Positions 14,050 to 29,724 of a stretch of DNA of 64,000 bases are shown here, piece after piece. The position numbers and the translations under genes are program-made. The stretch comes from the human T2T-CHM13v2.0 reference genome, Homo sapiens: the NCBI RefSeq assembly GCF_009914755.1, contig NC_060928.1; one strand, 5' to 3'. Every line of letters begins with the position of its first letter. The first letter of the stretch is position 1. The notes below the pieces were generated by a model, which was not told the origin of the DNA, did not search any database, and saw only the letters and a program-made list of their open reading frames with translations.

Positions 14050-14230
14050 AGTGCCCCTTACTAGCTTTGGAAATTTGGAAAACTCACTGTCTCTGCTTCA
14101 GAATTCTCAGCCAGGTCACAGGTTTAATAATAAGACATTCCTGAAAGGGTTGTGGTGAGGATTAAATGAGGATATCTATATGAAAATCTTAGAACAATAC
14201 CTTGCCAATATCAACATCTCATTAAACCAA
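14050..14230 (+). mobile_element. MIR fragment
   Basis: agggttgtggtgaggattaaatgag core. Confidence 0.7.
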
Positions 14231-16541
14231 TTAATTGTTTTTATCAAAAAATGTTTTCTTCTCTGCTCCATGTTTATCTGAGTTAGCTTAGCTGAAATAG
14301 AAACACCTGTGCATGTTCTTTGCATTCCTCAAGCACTGTATACTACTTGATGACAACTACTATATTTTTGCAAAGCCAAAAACTAGGCATGGTGCAGTAC
14401 ACATTTTTAATATACTATATATGCAATGCAATCAAATTACATCCAGAAAAAAAAGCTCTGCCCTATTGTAAATGTCCTCATATTTTTATCCCAACAACCA
14501 CAAAGAATGTGAACAACAAAGCAAGTTTTACTTTTCAATGAAAATTATTATCACTCACCCTTCATTCCATTACTTCTTTTGGGAAATGAAAATAAGCAAC
14601 AGCATTCCTCCAAAATGACGTGTTTGTCCCTTTAACTTTGGACTGCTTCATTTTTCTTTGGGAAGCAGATCACCATAGGGTGCATGTTATAGACAGATGA
14701 CATTTCTTTTTCTAATTTAGATGAAAGAACTCTGAAATACTGGTATTTGGTCGAGCATACTGGGCTGTTCCAGACCAAGACTTTTGATCTTGAATGCAGA
14801 CCTGCCAGTACTCTATATTTCAGATTGATGGATGGTATTACTGGCATCATATTTTCATTATTTTTTGTTCTCCTGTTCCCTGTGCCAAACCACCACTAAA
14901 TCATAGACACTAAATGTTGAATAAAGTAAAATATCTATGAATTAGAAATGAATCCTTTTATTATTTTATTCACTTATCTCATCCCATGCTACATTTTCCA
15001 TCATTCATCTGATTTTCCTAATTTCTTCGTATATTCTTCTCTTTGACCTTTCCTTAGATTCTTTACATTTTAAAGGAGGCAGCATGGGGAGACAAAAAGG
15101 CTTTGAGCTCGGAGTCAAGAAACCTGGCCCTCATCTTAAATTTGCTTTCAACTTGCTTTATAAGCTTGGGAACCTGTTTTCTCACCTGTTAAGAAGCAAA
15201 ATGCACCACACAATCTCCAAATCACTTGTAATCCTATCTCTAATTTCTAATTTTTATCTAGAGCTTTCCCCCACTATCTTAAGAAATAGATCCTTCACTC
15301 AACTTTTGTTTATTTCCATTTAACTAATACTTTAATGTCTCTTTCTGTCATATTTTCTACCTATGATTGCTTTGAAGTTTAATGAAATCATCTGCATTGA
15401 ATATCTTGTAATCAACCTTCTTTGTCAATCCTTTATTCTGCCCTCTCCCTTTCCTCTATACCACCTTGTTTCTATCCTTCTCTCTATTCCAAAGTCCTAT
15501 TTACTCTTTATTGTTTTGCAACCTCAAATTTAATACATCAGTAAATTGTGTCATAAGTTCATTCAGCAAATACATAGCTACAGTGGGCCAGGCACTAGGA
15601 TGTTTTGGGATTTCAAAGGGCCCAATAAATAAAATTCCCATTCTTTGCCTGAGTTTGAAACTAGTTGAGAAACACATATAACAAAAAAAAAAAAAAATTG
15701 AGAGGTGAAGATCAAAATATCCTGATAAAACTGTTGGAAGATGCTGCTTTTAGTTTGTTAGCCAAGTCCCCAAAGGGAGAGAATAACATGTTCCCATCCT
15801 TCTCCAAACTCATTGATGAGCTGAGTTCCTTCGCTGCCTCTGAGAGAGAGTAAGTGTAGTAACTGAGTCCAGGGAAGGTGGGCAAGAGAGAGACCAGGGT
15901 GTTACTGATGCAGGCCCTGCCCTAGAGAAACATGAGAATTGGGAGATAGTGGTGACCACTAAGATGAGGGACTGGCAATATGTCAGTAAGTAAGACAGCC
16001 ATTAGCATCACTCTTGTGGAGTTTATAGTTTAGAGAAGACAGAGCTTGAAAAGTAATTAGAAGAGAGGTAAATATGTAATGCAGAGTAGAGCATGCCACA
16101 GGAATACAAAGCAGAAAGGCTTACTGCCTCTGGGGAGCCAAATAAAGCTTCTCCTGGAAAGAGTGCATGAGCTGAGGCCTAGAGATGAGAAGAAACAAGA
16201 CGAAGCGCTGGCTGATGAGATGAGAAGAGTGTCTAGGGTAATGGAAAAAGCACAAGAGAGTTTGTGGCATGTCTGGGGAGATGAAGTGTGGCCAGAGGCT
16301 GCGTGGTGAAAGAGCGATTGGAATTAGATGAGGAGGAAGGGCAGAGAAGAGCCCAAATCATGCAAATTAGAACACAGACTATACCCTAATGTCACCGAGG
16401 GAACTATGAGAGATTTTAAGCTACTGCAAGATATTTTAGTAAAAATGTCAGGTCAACAACTGGGTGTGGACATCCAAAGAGAAGATTGTGTAGGGTATGC
16501 GAACATGAAAATCATTGGCAAATAGATTATTTATGAATCTT

Positions 16542-16798
<257 letters not shown>

Positions 16799-17183
16799 TT
16801 ATTTATGAACCTTAAGAAATGAATATACTTATCCACTGAGCAAGCACTATGAGGCCATAGGAGAGTTTATGAGAGATTCCAAGGATCCCTAATATTTAAT
16901 GGCTGAGTAGAGGAAGCTAGAGAACTAGGACCGGAAGAAGAACTGAGTGTTCGGAGATGGAGAAATCTCTCATCATCCTTGCAGAAGACAAATTTGATAT
17001 CCTCTGTCCTTGTATGCTGTTTTCTTACCATAGTCTGCTGAAAGGTCAAGCAGAAGGAGGAATGAAAAGAGGACATTGGATTTAGTGTATTAAATAATTC
17101 AGGCAACACTAGCAGGAGCAATTTCAGTGGAGTGGTGGATGTGAAAGAGCCAAAGTTGGACTGGGTTAAAAAGAGTTTAGGGA

Positions 17184-17523
<340 letters not shown>

Positions 17524-17948
17524 TTATGGAATAAAATTTTCACCTAAAATATTTTAAGATTAATTATAAATAATAATTAAAATGAAACGTAGAATAAGGG
17601 GAATACTTACTGTGTCTTTCTTGTCCTCATTATGGACAAAAAGGGAGAAAGATGCATGAATCTAGATTAAGGAGAGCTTGTAAATTAATGATGCAAATTT
17701 CAAATATTTTCAGTGTTGTAGTTCTTCATTTTTTGTAAATTGGGAGGAAGTGATATCCACCAAGAGTGAGAAGAGAAGGGAAAGGGTCTGACTTTATAAA
17801 TATTGAAAAAACAGGGTGACTAAAAATAAATCGTAAGGTATTTTTGGCAGGGTTTAAATTAAAACTGGCATTAGGATCTATAAATGTACAGTTGTACAAG
17901 TCATCAGATTAGGAAACTCAGTAGATTACATGAAGGTGAAGAACTGGT

Positions 17949-18262
<314 letters not shown>

Positions 18263-18654
18263 AGGAAGGAAAGAAAGAAAGAATTGGAATTTATCCATCT
18301 CAAATTTTTTCAACGGGATGCTTAATGAATGTACAAAAGGGGTAAACCAATATAAGGTTTGGTGCAGACATGGGTATAAAAAGATAGGCTTTAAAATACA
18401 ACCTAGAAGGAGAGCATAATAGATGCAGTAATTTCCTGTGGGTTTCAAGGAACTAGATATTCTGATGAGGCAGAAAATTAAATGCAGACTGGTGGGCGAA
18501 CTGTAACATTAGTGGATTATGGCAGAGAATGTGGGATCTACATCAGCACCTTCACAGGAAGAGCTGCTTCCAAGTACGACATCTTGAAAAATGGTCCTGG
18601 GATTGACATCTGAGGCAGGGAATACAAGAGAAAGTGAGTGAAAGATGTATAAAA

Positions 18655-19045
<391 letters not shown>

Positions 19046-19569
19046 TTAGCATAGGAGAGGAAACTTCCAGGGAAAAATTAGGGTGAATACAGCTGATGAC
19101 GATAAGTGTGGGTGAGCAGGTGAGATGTCACAGGCAAGGCAGAGATACTCTGGATTCTGTCCCAGTTTTGCAGAGTACAAATGGGATGCAAATGGTAAGA
19201 TAAACCTCGTATTCTCCCTTAGGATAGAGAATGCTAGTTCCTGAAAATGTGGCAAAGGAAGCCCAGTGAATTTCCAAGTATGTCTATTTACTTACATGTA
19301 TTCTCAGCTCACAATTTAGCTTTGTGATTGTGTTCTGAGGATCATGAGTATAATTATACTAATTAATTAACTGATCAAAAAAAATCATCCAATTGTCTAA
19401 AATTGTAAACAACTGAACAGAGATACTGTCCTCCACCTGCAAGGCTGGCAAAGAACCAAGAGTTTGGTAGCATACTGTTTAGTGCAGCTATTGGAAAATT
19501 CCACATCACAGCAATAATGGAAATATAAAACGGCACCTCGTCCTTGGTGGCTATTTAACATATTCCCCT

Positions 19570-19960
19570 GAACCAAAAAGCCCATATGCTTTGATGCAGC
19601 AATTTTATTATTCAGCAAATATACCACCACATGTATGAAGTATTGTGTCTATGTTTGTGTGTGTGTTTATACACAGACATACACTATTCCATTTCAGCAG
19701 ATTGGAAACAACGAAAGTGCTCATCAGTGAGATATTGGTTAAATCACTTGGCATAAAACCATTCCATGGAATTTAAGTAATCATTCCAATTGAAGAGATT
19801 CTTTATGCAGTGATAATGAACTTGAGGATGTATTTTAAGTGAAAAGAACACAAAGAATAGTATGTATGTATCATACACTACCATTTAGTATATGGGTAAA
19901 AATTATGGGGAAAGGAAATACAGACATGTTTTATATGTATAAAATAACTAAGAAATAATA
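19570..19960 (+). mobile_element. Old L1ME-like 3' fragment
   Basis: tttgatgcagcaatttta..., attggaaacaac...tcatcagtgaga, ttaagtgaaaagaac. Confidence 0.55.
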
Positions 19961-20894
19961 AAGTTATAAAAATTTGTCAGCATTGACTTCATATGACCAT
20001 CTCTTTTGGATGTTGAAATATGTGAATAATAACAAACAAAAAAATAAAATTTGTTCAGACAGATGAATCTTCATTAAACTTATTCTCATGTATTGACTAG
20101 ATTTTCTTCTCTCCTTGTCTTTTTTTGTTCCTTCCTTCATTTCTTCTCTCACTTTTCTTATTCTTTCTTTTTTTTCCCTGATTTTCTTCATCTTCTTTTG
20201 TCCTGATATCCCCTTTCCCACACTCCTTCCTCTTTTATCTCTCTTCTTTTCTTTCCACCTTTGTAACTGGTGGGTCATGAGGCATTGTAAAGAGTAGGGG
20301 TTTTTTTTAGAAGCTCTGCTTGGGCCCAGAACACTTGCCCTTCAAGGATGCATCCACTGGAAGCTTACAGCCTCCCTCTTCTCCAGATGACCACCATTTC
20401 TCCAGCACTACTTTGCTCTATTTTCTCCTTTAATAGTGTATCATACACTAGGGGACAGAGGTCAATGGGATATCGACATTAACCTTAGTCAAGACATTAT
20501 ATGACAGTGTGTGTAAGGAAAATTCAGGGTAGGAGATGTGAGCTTGCAGAACTTATAAATCCAACAGTCCAATAATGGGGAAGTACAAGAGAAACAGCCA
20601 TGAACACTGTTTGTAAGCATCAGAAAAGTCTTTAAAGAGGAGACTATTCTTTCTTTGGATTTTTAAGAATGATTAAATGTAGATATGAAGAAAAAAAATC
20701 CCAGAAAACGTCTAGCATGTGTGAAGGCATAAAGAATTATAACTGTGTTTGGTGGAAGTGATTAAGTTTTTAAGTATGGCTGAAACCAAGGGTGGATAGT
20801 GTGAGGAAGGGGCTTGTAATGTTTGGGATGGGACTATAAACTCAAGAAAATAAAAGTGGACCCTAAAGAGTATTATGATTAACCAAATATGTAT

Positions 20895-21443
20895 TGTGAC
20901 AGTTAATCTTATGTATCAACTTGACTGGGCCAGGAGATGCCCAGATAGCTGTTTCTGGATGTGTCACTGAGGGTGTTTCTAGAAGAGATTAGCATTTGAG
21001 TTGATAGATTAAGCAAACCACATGGCCCTCCCCAATGAGTAAGCATCATTCAGCCATATTGAGGGCTGAATAAAATATAAAGGTAGAGAAATTTTGTATT
21101 AACTCTGCCTGACTGAGCCAGAACATTCGTCTTCTCCTGGCCTCTGCATTCCTAGTTCTCAGGCCTTCTGACCTAGAGTGGAATGCACACCATCATTTTT
21201 GTGGCTTTCAGGACTTTAAGGTACACCTCCAGCCTTCTTGAGTCTGCAGCTTGCAGACAGCAGAGAGTGGGACTTCTCAGCCACCATAATCATAACATGG
21301 GCCAATACCTTATAATAAATTTCCTCATATATATAAAAAGATATATATGTGTGTTTCTGTATGCGTAAATATGTGTGTATGTGTGTGTATGTGCATGTGT
21401 GTGTGTTGTAATACATTTTGTTTCTCTGGAGAACACTAATATA
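20895..21443 (+). mobile_element. MLT2 (ERVL) solo LTR with internal (TA)/(TG) tract
   Basis: tgtgacagttaatcttatgtatcaacttgactggg...tttctctggagaacactaatata; TSD tgtat/tgtgt. Confidence 0.85.
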
Positions 21444-21627
21444 TGTGTGATGCTAAAAAATTGGTATTTTATTCTGTAGCTTGAATAAATGGAGTCATTA
21501 AAGTCTCCACCATTCTCTCTTAACCACTTAAAATATGTAAGATCACATATTACAAGTCACCATGTTAGTCTTTCCCCACTCCTAATTTGGGGAAACCCCC
21601 CCAAGTTTACATTTTTAAGGGAGGATG

Positions 21628-21999
21628 TGTATTAGTCTGTTCTCACCGTGCTATGAAGAAATACCCAAGGCGAGGTAATTTATAAAGGAAAGAGGTTTAA
21701 TTGACTCACAGTTCTGCATTGCTGGGGAGGCCTCAGGAAACATAATGTAAGGCAAAGGAGAAGCAAGCACCTTCTTCAAAGGGTGGCAGGATGGAGTGAG
21801 TGAAAGCAGGGAAAATGCCAGATGCTTATAAAACCATCAGATCTCTTGAGAACTCACTATCATGAGAACAGCATGGGGTAAACCACCCCCATGATCCAAT
21901 TACCTCCATCTAGTCCCACCCTTGACACATGGGGATTATGGGGATTACAATTCCTGATGAGATTTGGGTGGGGACATGACACAGAGCCAAACCATATCA
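21628..21999 (-). mobile_element. THE1D/MSTA-like MaLR solo LTR
   Basis: tgtattagtctgttctc...agccaaaccatatca termini. Confidence 0.9.
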
Positions 22000-23103
22000 T
22001 TATGTATTTGGAGCAAAGTCATGGAATATACATGGGCATTAGTTGTTTTCACTCTTGTAACCTCACTGGATGATTGTAGATGAGTACATATTTGTGGTAC
22101 AGAAGATGAAATAGGAAACTTGTTCTAAAAAAAGACTTGAAAATCAATATAATGATTTGCCTTTCTGTATGAAATATTCACATATATCTGCATGTGTAAC
22201 CTGAGATGATGTACAGACATAAAACTTTCTCATTAGAGGGGTAAAGAGATGGGGAAAAAATCAACAAGCTTTAAATTGCGAGTCACAGTTGCAGTAAAAC
22301 ACTTATGACCACACACAAATGAGACAAGAGAATTATGTTCCTAGATTCAGAAAAGCTTAGTAAGCCCATTGAATTTAAAAAATTATCCCCACAAGAAATT
22401 TGTTGTTTGCATGTTTTTGTTTTTGTTTTCTCCCTCAGCAAATTGAAGATACTAGCTTTAGGGCAGAATGAAAATTTAGCAGAGAAAATGTCCAAGTCTA
22501 TCACTCCCTAGCTTTTGTTTGGTATTGTTAAGAAATCCTGTATCTTCATTTCAGCTCACCTCAGGAGAAATGATAAGCCCTCCAGAGATAAATTCCATTT
22601 CTCCATACATATCTGATAGAAGAAGTTTAGAAATTTTTTAGAACTTGAGCTGCTTTAATTCTCAAATGGAGTCAGGCACCTAGAATCAATGCTCTACTTC
22701 CCTGACCATCCCATTCTTGATTTTCTTGCTTCATTTTAGATAGTTCTCAAATTTAGACAAGATTATACATGATCTACTTTAAAAAGTACAACTTTTAATT
22801 GCCTTTTGATTCATTAAAGATAACTTGGGTGTTTCAGTGCTCAGGGATATTAGTGACATTGATTCAACTCTTTCAGTTTTCAGAGTTGGAAACAGATAAC
22901 ATTATGAGTTCTGAGAATGAGCACTGGATCATGAATGAGGAGAACTGGGTTTTACTATTAGCAGTGCAGTTTATTATCTGCATGATATTGAAAAGTTCTT
23001 TTCCCTTTCTGGACCTCCGTTGCCTTACATATAAAATTTGTATGCTGCTTTAGAAATTCTTTATAATCTTTTTCTGTGCTGTGCTGCTATTCTGTCTGCC
23101 TGT

Positions 23104-23160
23104 CTCTCTCTCTGTGTGTGTGTGTGTGTGTGTGTGAATATATATATAAATATATATATA
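23104..23160. repeat. (CT)n(GT)n(AT)n compound microsatellite
   Basis: Directly visible. Confidence 0.9.
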
Positions 23161-23724
23161 CACTTTGAAATAATAAAATAAATCTAAAAATACGTATACT
23201 TATTTAATAAGTATTATATTAAAAGTATATATACATGTATATATACTTATTAAATACACACTTCTCTATGCCAAGGTGGCTTGAGCTAGGCTCTGTAGTG
23301 TTGTATTCTCTGATCTCTGCCTTCCAGGCTATCTCATATGCATGAAAATTATATTTGGAATCAAATAATTCTCTAAAATTTTATTTTAGAAATGTGTGTA
23401 ATTATCTGTAGCAAGATATTAATGCTTATAATAGATTCATAAGGAAGACTGGGACTCTCAAAACTTTAGAACTACTAGTTTAATTGGTTATTGAAAACTA
23501 ATTTGGTATTTATGTAATTGAGTCAAATAGTTAAGATACTTTCTGTCATGGATATTGCACTTTAGGAGAGAAATAGACAACAAACATTAACAAGCAAATA
23601 CAGAAACAAGCTAAATTCAAATGGGGACAAGTGATCTAAAAAGTAAAGTAAAATAGGATGGTACATTATAGAGTGATGGGAAAATAGAGCGTTTAGATTC
23701 AATAATCAAGACTGAGCCTGTGGG

Positions 23725-25645
23725 AAAGTGATGACAGCAACATAGGAGAATAGAAAGCCCTGAATTCTTCTTCCTCCCCACAGACATACCAATTCAGCCA
23801 CAATTAACAGATTCCTTTTGTGAGAAATCAGAAACTAATGGAAAAGCTCGTGCACTTCGGGAGAACACACAGTCAGACTTAATGGAGCTGGTGGGGAGAT
23901 CTAGAGCTTCCTCTCTCCAGAGGTCCTGCTCCTGGCACAGTGTCATACAATCAGAAAGAAACTCCAATCTGCCAGTTTTACCCAGAGGGAGAGAAGGGGC
24001 TGATTCATACACTCAGCACCCACATTTTCCAAGGGATATGTCAAAAGACTGGCTCTGTGTCTTACTAGTCTTGGAGTTCTGATGGATGTGGCACAGACTA
24101 GAACGGAGGCAGCAGGTTGGGCTGGTCCCTTCTCCTCAGCACACAGTGGGCAAAATGAAACCCTTGGTGGAAGTATAGACTGATAGAACAGAACAGAGTC
24201 TAGAAATAGATGAGCACATGTAAAGTCAACTGATCTTCCACAGGGATACCAGGAATACACAATGAGGAAAGGATAGTCTACTCGATGAATGATGTTGAGA
24301 GAACTGAGCATACACATGCAAAAGAATGAGACTGGACTCTTGCCTTACACTGTATGCAAACTCAAACTGGACTAATGACTTAAAGGTAAGACCTGAAACC
24401 ATAAAACTCCTACAAGAAAACACAGGGGAAAAGCCTCATGACATTGGTCTTGGCAATGATTTCATGGAAATTACACCAAAATCATAATCAATAAAAAGAA
24501 AATAAATAAATGGGACTACATCAAACTAAGAAGATTCTGCACAACAAAGAAAAAAATCAATGCAGTGAAAAGGCCACTAATAACAGAATGGCAGAACATA
24601 TTTGCAAACCGTATATCTGACAAAGGGTTAAGCTCCAAAATATATCTGGAATTCCTACAACTCAACAGTAAAATAAATCTCAAGAAATAACAGCAAAAAA
24701 CCTGTTAATCTAATCAAAACTGAGCTAAAGGAGTAAATAAACATTTTTCCAAAGAGTACATATAAATGTACAATAGATATATGAAAAAATGCTCAACATC
24801 ACAAATTATCAGGGAATGCAAATCAAAATCATAACGAAGTATCACCTTATACCTGTCAAGATGGCTATCTTAAAAAAAAATGTTGATAAGCATATGGCTA
24901 AATTGGAGCCCTTGCATATTTTTGGTAGGAATGCAAAATGGTAAAGTCACTCTGGGAAACAATGTGGAGGTTTCTTAAAAATTTTAAATAGAACTACCAA
25001 ATGATCTAACAATCCAATTGTTTGGTATTTATCTAAAGTAATTGAAATCAGGATATCAAAGAAGTATTCGTGTTCCTATATCCATTACAATAACCAAGAT
25101 GTGGAAATAATCAACATGTCTATTGATGAATGGATAAACAAAATGTGGTATGTACATACATTGTGTGTGTGTTTATACACAGACATACACTATTGCATTT
25201 CAGCAGACTGGAAACAATAAAAGTGCTCATCAGTGAGATATTAGTTAAATCACCTGGAATGGAATAAAATACAATGGAATACTATTTAGCTTTGAAAAAG
25301 AATGGAATTCTGTAATATGTGATAACATGGGTGAATCTTGAGGACATTATGCTAAGTGAAATAAGCCAGTCACAAAAGGACAAATACTACATAATTCCAC
25401 TTATATGAAGTACCTAAAATAGTCATTATAGAATGAAAGAATGCAACGGGGTTGCCAGGGGCTGGAGGAAGGGAAAATGGATTATTACTAATCAATGGGC
25501 ATAAAGTTTCAGTCAATCAAGGTATTTAAGCTCTAGAGATCTATTGTATAACATTGTACCTATTGTCAATAATAATGCATTCAACACTTAAAAAACTTTA
25601 AGGGGTAGATCTCATGTTAAGTGTTCCTTCCACAATAAAAGAAAA
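23725..25645 (+). mobile_element. L1MA10/L1MB-like element: 5'UTR-like block fused to ORF2 3' end and 3'UTR
   Basis: L1M3-type 5' start (cagcaacataggagaatagaaagccctg); ORF2 C-terminal text from ~24174; 3' end gggtagatctcatgttaagtgttccttccacaataaaa. Interrupts an L2. Confidence 0.75.
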
Positions 25646-25735
25646 AGAATGGCTCTATGAAGAGTTGGGCTTTGAGTTCAGACACTGAGCTCTGAATGTC
25701 ACAAGTCAGCCAGCCATGAGACAGCACCGGGGTAG

Positions 25736-26237
<502 letters not shown>

Positions 26238-26359
26238 GGGTCCACAGTCATTAAGTAGAGCCTGATAGGTCATAGTAAAAATTTAAAGTTTTTTTTCAGT
26301 CATGACAGAAAGCCATGGACTGTTCTTAGATGGAAGCATGGCATGGCGTGATTTACTTT

Positions 26360-26679
<320 letters not shown>

Positions 26680-28604
26680 GATTTACCTTTTATAAAGACC
26701 ACTGGACTGCCATATGGAGAAGGGAGTGTAGTAGAAAGATGGGAGGACAGCATGGAGAAAAATGCCATTGCCCAGGTGACAGTGGTTGAGACAAGAGTGT
26801 CTGGAGTGGAGATAGAGTGGAGTGAACTGATTTTGCAAAAAGTTTTCAGCTAGACTCACTTGGATTCACTGATGGACTGGATGTGACAGCATGTGGAGTG
26901 AGGAACAAGAGGGTAATTCTAGGATGATTCTTAAGAGTAATGGGATCAACTCCTGTATGTAACAGAACTGAAGAGAACACACTTGCGTTTAACATAGTTA
27001 GGGAAGTGTAGTCAAAAGGTACTAAGGCTATACATAACCCAGAGATCAACGTGTACAGAGCAATAGTAATAATAATCACCTTTTATTGAATAAGTATTAT
27101 TATGCTAATTTTACAAATTAGGAAAATAAATGACGCTAAATGTGGTTAAATATTTTGTCCAAGGTCACATGGTGAGACACTATAGTCTGCTTCTAGGAAG
27201 TTTTCATGAAATGGTGGCTGGAAGGCCATGTTTGCTCACTGCTCATTACCACTTCTCCCGTGGATTCCTTATTCTTCTTTCTGTCTCTCCTCTCTGGTCT
27301 ATGCCCCTCTTTGTTCCAGTTGGCCTTAGTCACAGACCACTACTCCTTTGCCTAGATTTCCCCCCAAACACGATTCACAGAAGGCATTCACACAGGAGAA
27401 TTTTACAAGAGATTTGGATGCAGTGGCAGATGTGAGGTAGAAGGAAATAACGCATAACTCATAATTGAATATCAAATATTAAGTAGTTCTGCTATTTAAA
27501 AATGCTCTTGATTACACCTGCCATAGGTAATTCTCAATTGCCACTTTCTTTTATAATTTTTTTTGTTCCCTGGCTTTAAACTTTCACCTTCATTTTTCTC
27601 TAGACCGCTGCACCTCCTTTCTTATTGGACACTTCTTTAATACCAGGAATCTTCTATAGCCCTGATACAGGACGGTTTAATGATCTCCGTGTCACTCTGG
27701 CACATTTTGACTTTGTCTCCAAACACGTCTATTATGGTGAGCTCTTGTGTAAGACAGATTTTTTTTTTTCTCCTGAAATCGGCTTTGAACATCATGAGTT
27801 TGCTCCCTGTCGTATCTTCTCTCACTGGTTTTTCCTTCTTCCTTTCTCATTTACCATCTGTTTTTATTATACACAAACATAAATAAATATCTTCTTGGAA
27901 AAAATTGAATTGGTCCTTTGATAATCGCCTTGAGACTGTGTTTTTATTGCTCCTACTGTTCTATCCAGAAAGCTGAGCTTTTATGTCTGTGACTGAAGGT
28001 AAGACTTCAGCCTTCATCAAGTCAGTGAAAAATAGACTTGTGAAAGTCACACACCTTCTTTGTGAGTTGCAACCCTGCCAAGCCAATGTGAATCACCTGC
28101 CAAGTTTAATATGTCAGGTTGGGACATGTCTGTCCTTTGGTTTTATGCTCTTTCCAGTAAGGCTGGCAGTTTCATTATATTTATAAAGTTGTGTACATAT
28201 TATAAGTACATGCCAGTCTTTACCCTACTCACTTTCATCTTTGGCCTTCCCACTTGCTAGTCTTTTCTATTCTTGGAAACCAGATAAGTCTTCCTCTGTC
28301 ACAACTATGATTTTCCTGCTTCTAAATTAAGAACTTTTCACAATTCACCTACTGAACATGGAGCCTGCAGACTTGGCATCACATCTTGGCTCCTTGACCC
28401 AGAATCTGTGTGAACTTGGGCAAGTTACTTACATCATCAAGTTTAGTGTCAATCTCTGTAAAATGGTTACATTTCTTATCTCACAGGCTAATCATTAAGA
28501 TTTATTTGGAAGTGTGTGAAAGAGTTTGTAAACTCCAATACGCGATTTGATATAAGTTGCAAATCTCCTTCTATGATGAAACTTAATCTTTTAGTCTGTT
28601 CTTC

Positions 28605-28752
<148 letters not shown>

Positions 28753-28899
28753 TGAATATCAATCTCAGTGCCAACAAAATGGTTACTCTTATAAACATGC
28801 CCACCGCCAGTGTTAATTTAAAAATTATACAAAGTAGTTATAAGTAATAAAAATGTAGCAAAGGACAAAGTTAAGCTTTGTATTTTTTCAGAAGTTTCA

Positions 28900-29295
28900 C
28901 CGTGCCTAGCAAAGTCTTGGATATGTAAAAACACATCCAAAGCAGAATTCACTACTTTTCTTGCTAAGCCACTATTATATTCTTACTTTCTGCAAATAGT
29001 CTCAATTTCTTAATGGTAGAAACAACTAGGATGTTTTTCACTCTTTCCTCTCCTTCACAGCCTGTCAGTAACCAAGCCCTATTGATTCTACTGATTAAAT
29101 AGCTTTGAAATCCTCCCACTCTCTGCTGCAGCCTTTTTTAATTTAGATTTTCTAATTTTATTTTCTGGAAGACGGCATCAGCCTTCTCTCTGGTCTTTCC
29201 AATTTCAATTTATTTTCATTGTGTTATTCCATCTATCACTTGGTTACCAGAATAGGTATTCTTAAATTGAAATCTAATAGGACTTCATCCTGGCT
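28900..29295 (+). mobile_element. L2 fragment
   Basis: caagccctattgattctac, tctctctggtctttcc, aaattgaaatctaat motifs. Confidence 0.55.
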
Positions 29296-29406
29296 CAAAG
29301 GTGTGCTATACTTTAAACATGGCTTTAGAAACAAACTGCCTGAGAACTGCCACTTAGTATCTTTGTGAGCTCAGTGGAATTATCTCTCAGTTCCTCAATC
29401 GACTCA

Positions 29407-29724
29407 TGTGGTGACCATGAGTATGTGCCTCTCAGATCTCTGGCTGCAGGGAATCACAGGACTTCTCTCATAGCTGTCTCTGGCATGAAGATTTCCCATT
29501 GACCTTGTGGAACTTCCTCTGACCGTATTGCAGTTTTAAAATCTTCCACTCAACAGTTCTTCCTTTCTTACTCCTTCACAAAGGATAGACCTGCACTATG
29601 GTCTGACCTGCTCTCCTGGCCTCCGCTGGATCCCACTTCATTCTCCCTCACAGGTATTTTCCCTGATAAATCGCTTGCATATCTAACCTCTCAACATTTG
29701 CTTCTTGAAGAACCTGGATCAACC
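29407..29724 (+). mobile_element. LTR16-family ERVL LTR inserted in a MIR
   Basis: tgtggtgaccatgagtatgtgcctctcagatctc...gataaatcgcttgcatatc; MIR core resumes at catctgtaaaa. Confidence 0.65.

Noticed and set aside
14700-14840. Acceptor tttctaatttAG followed by an open frame (DERTLKYWYLVEHTGLF...)
   Set aside because: The downstream donor (GATG|GTATTA) is weak and the peptide is unrecognised, so support is insufficient.
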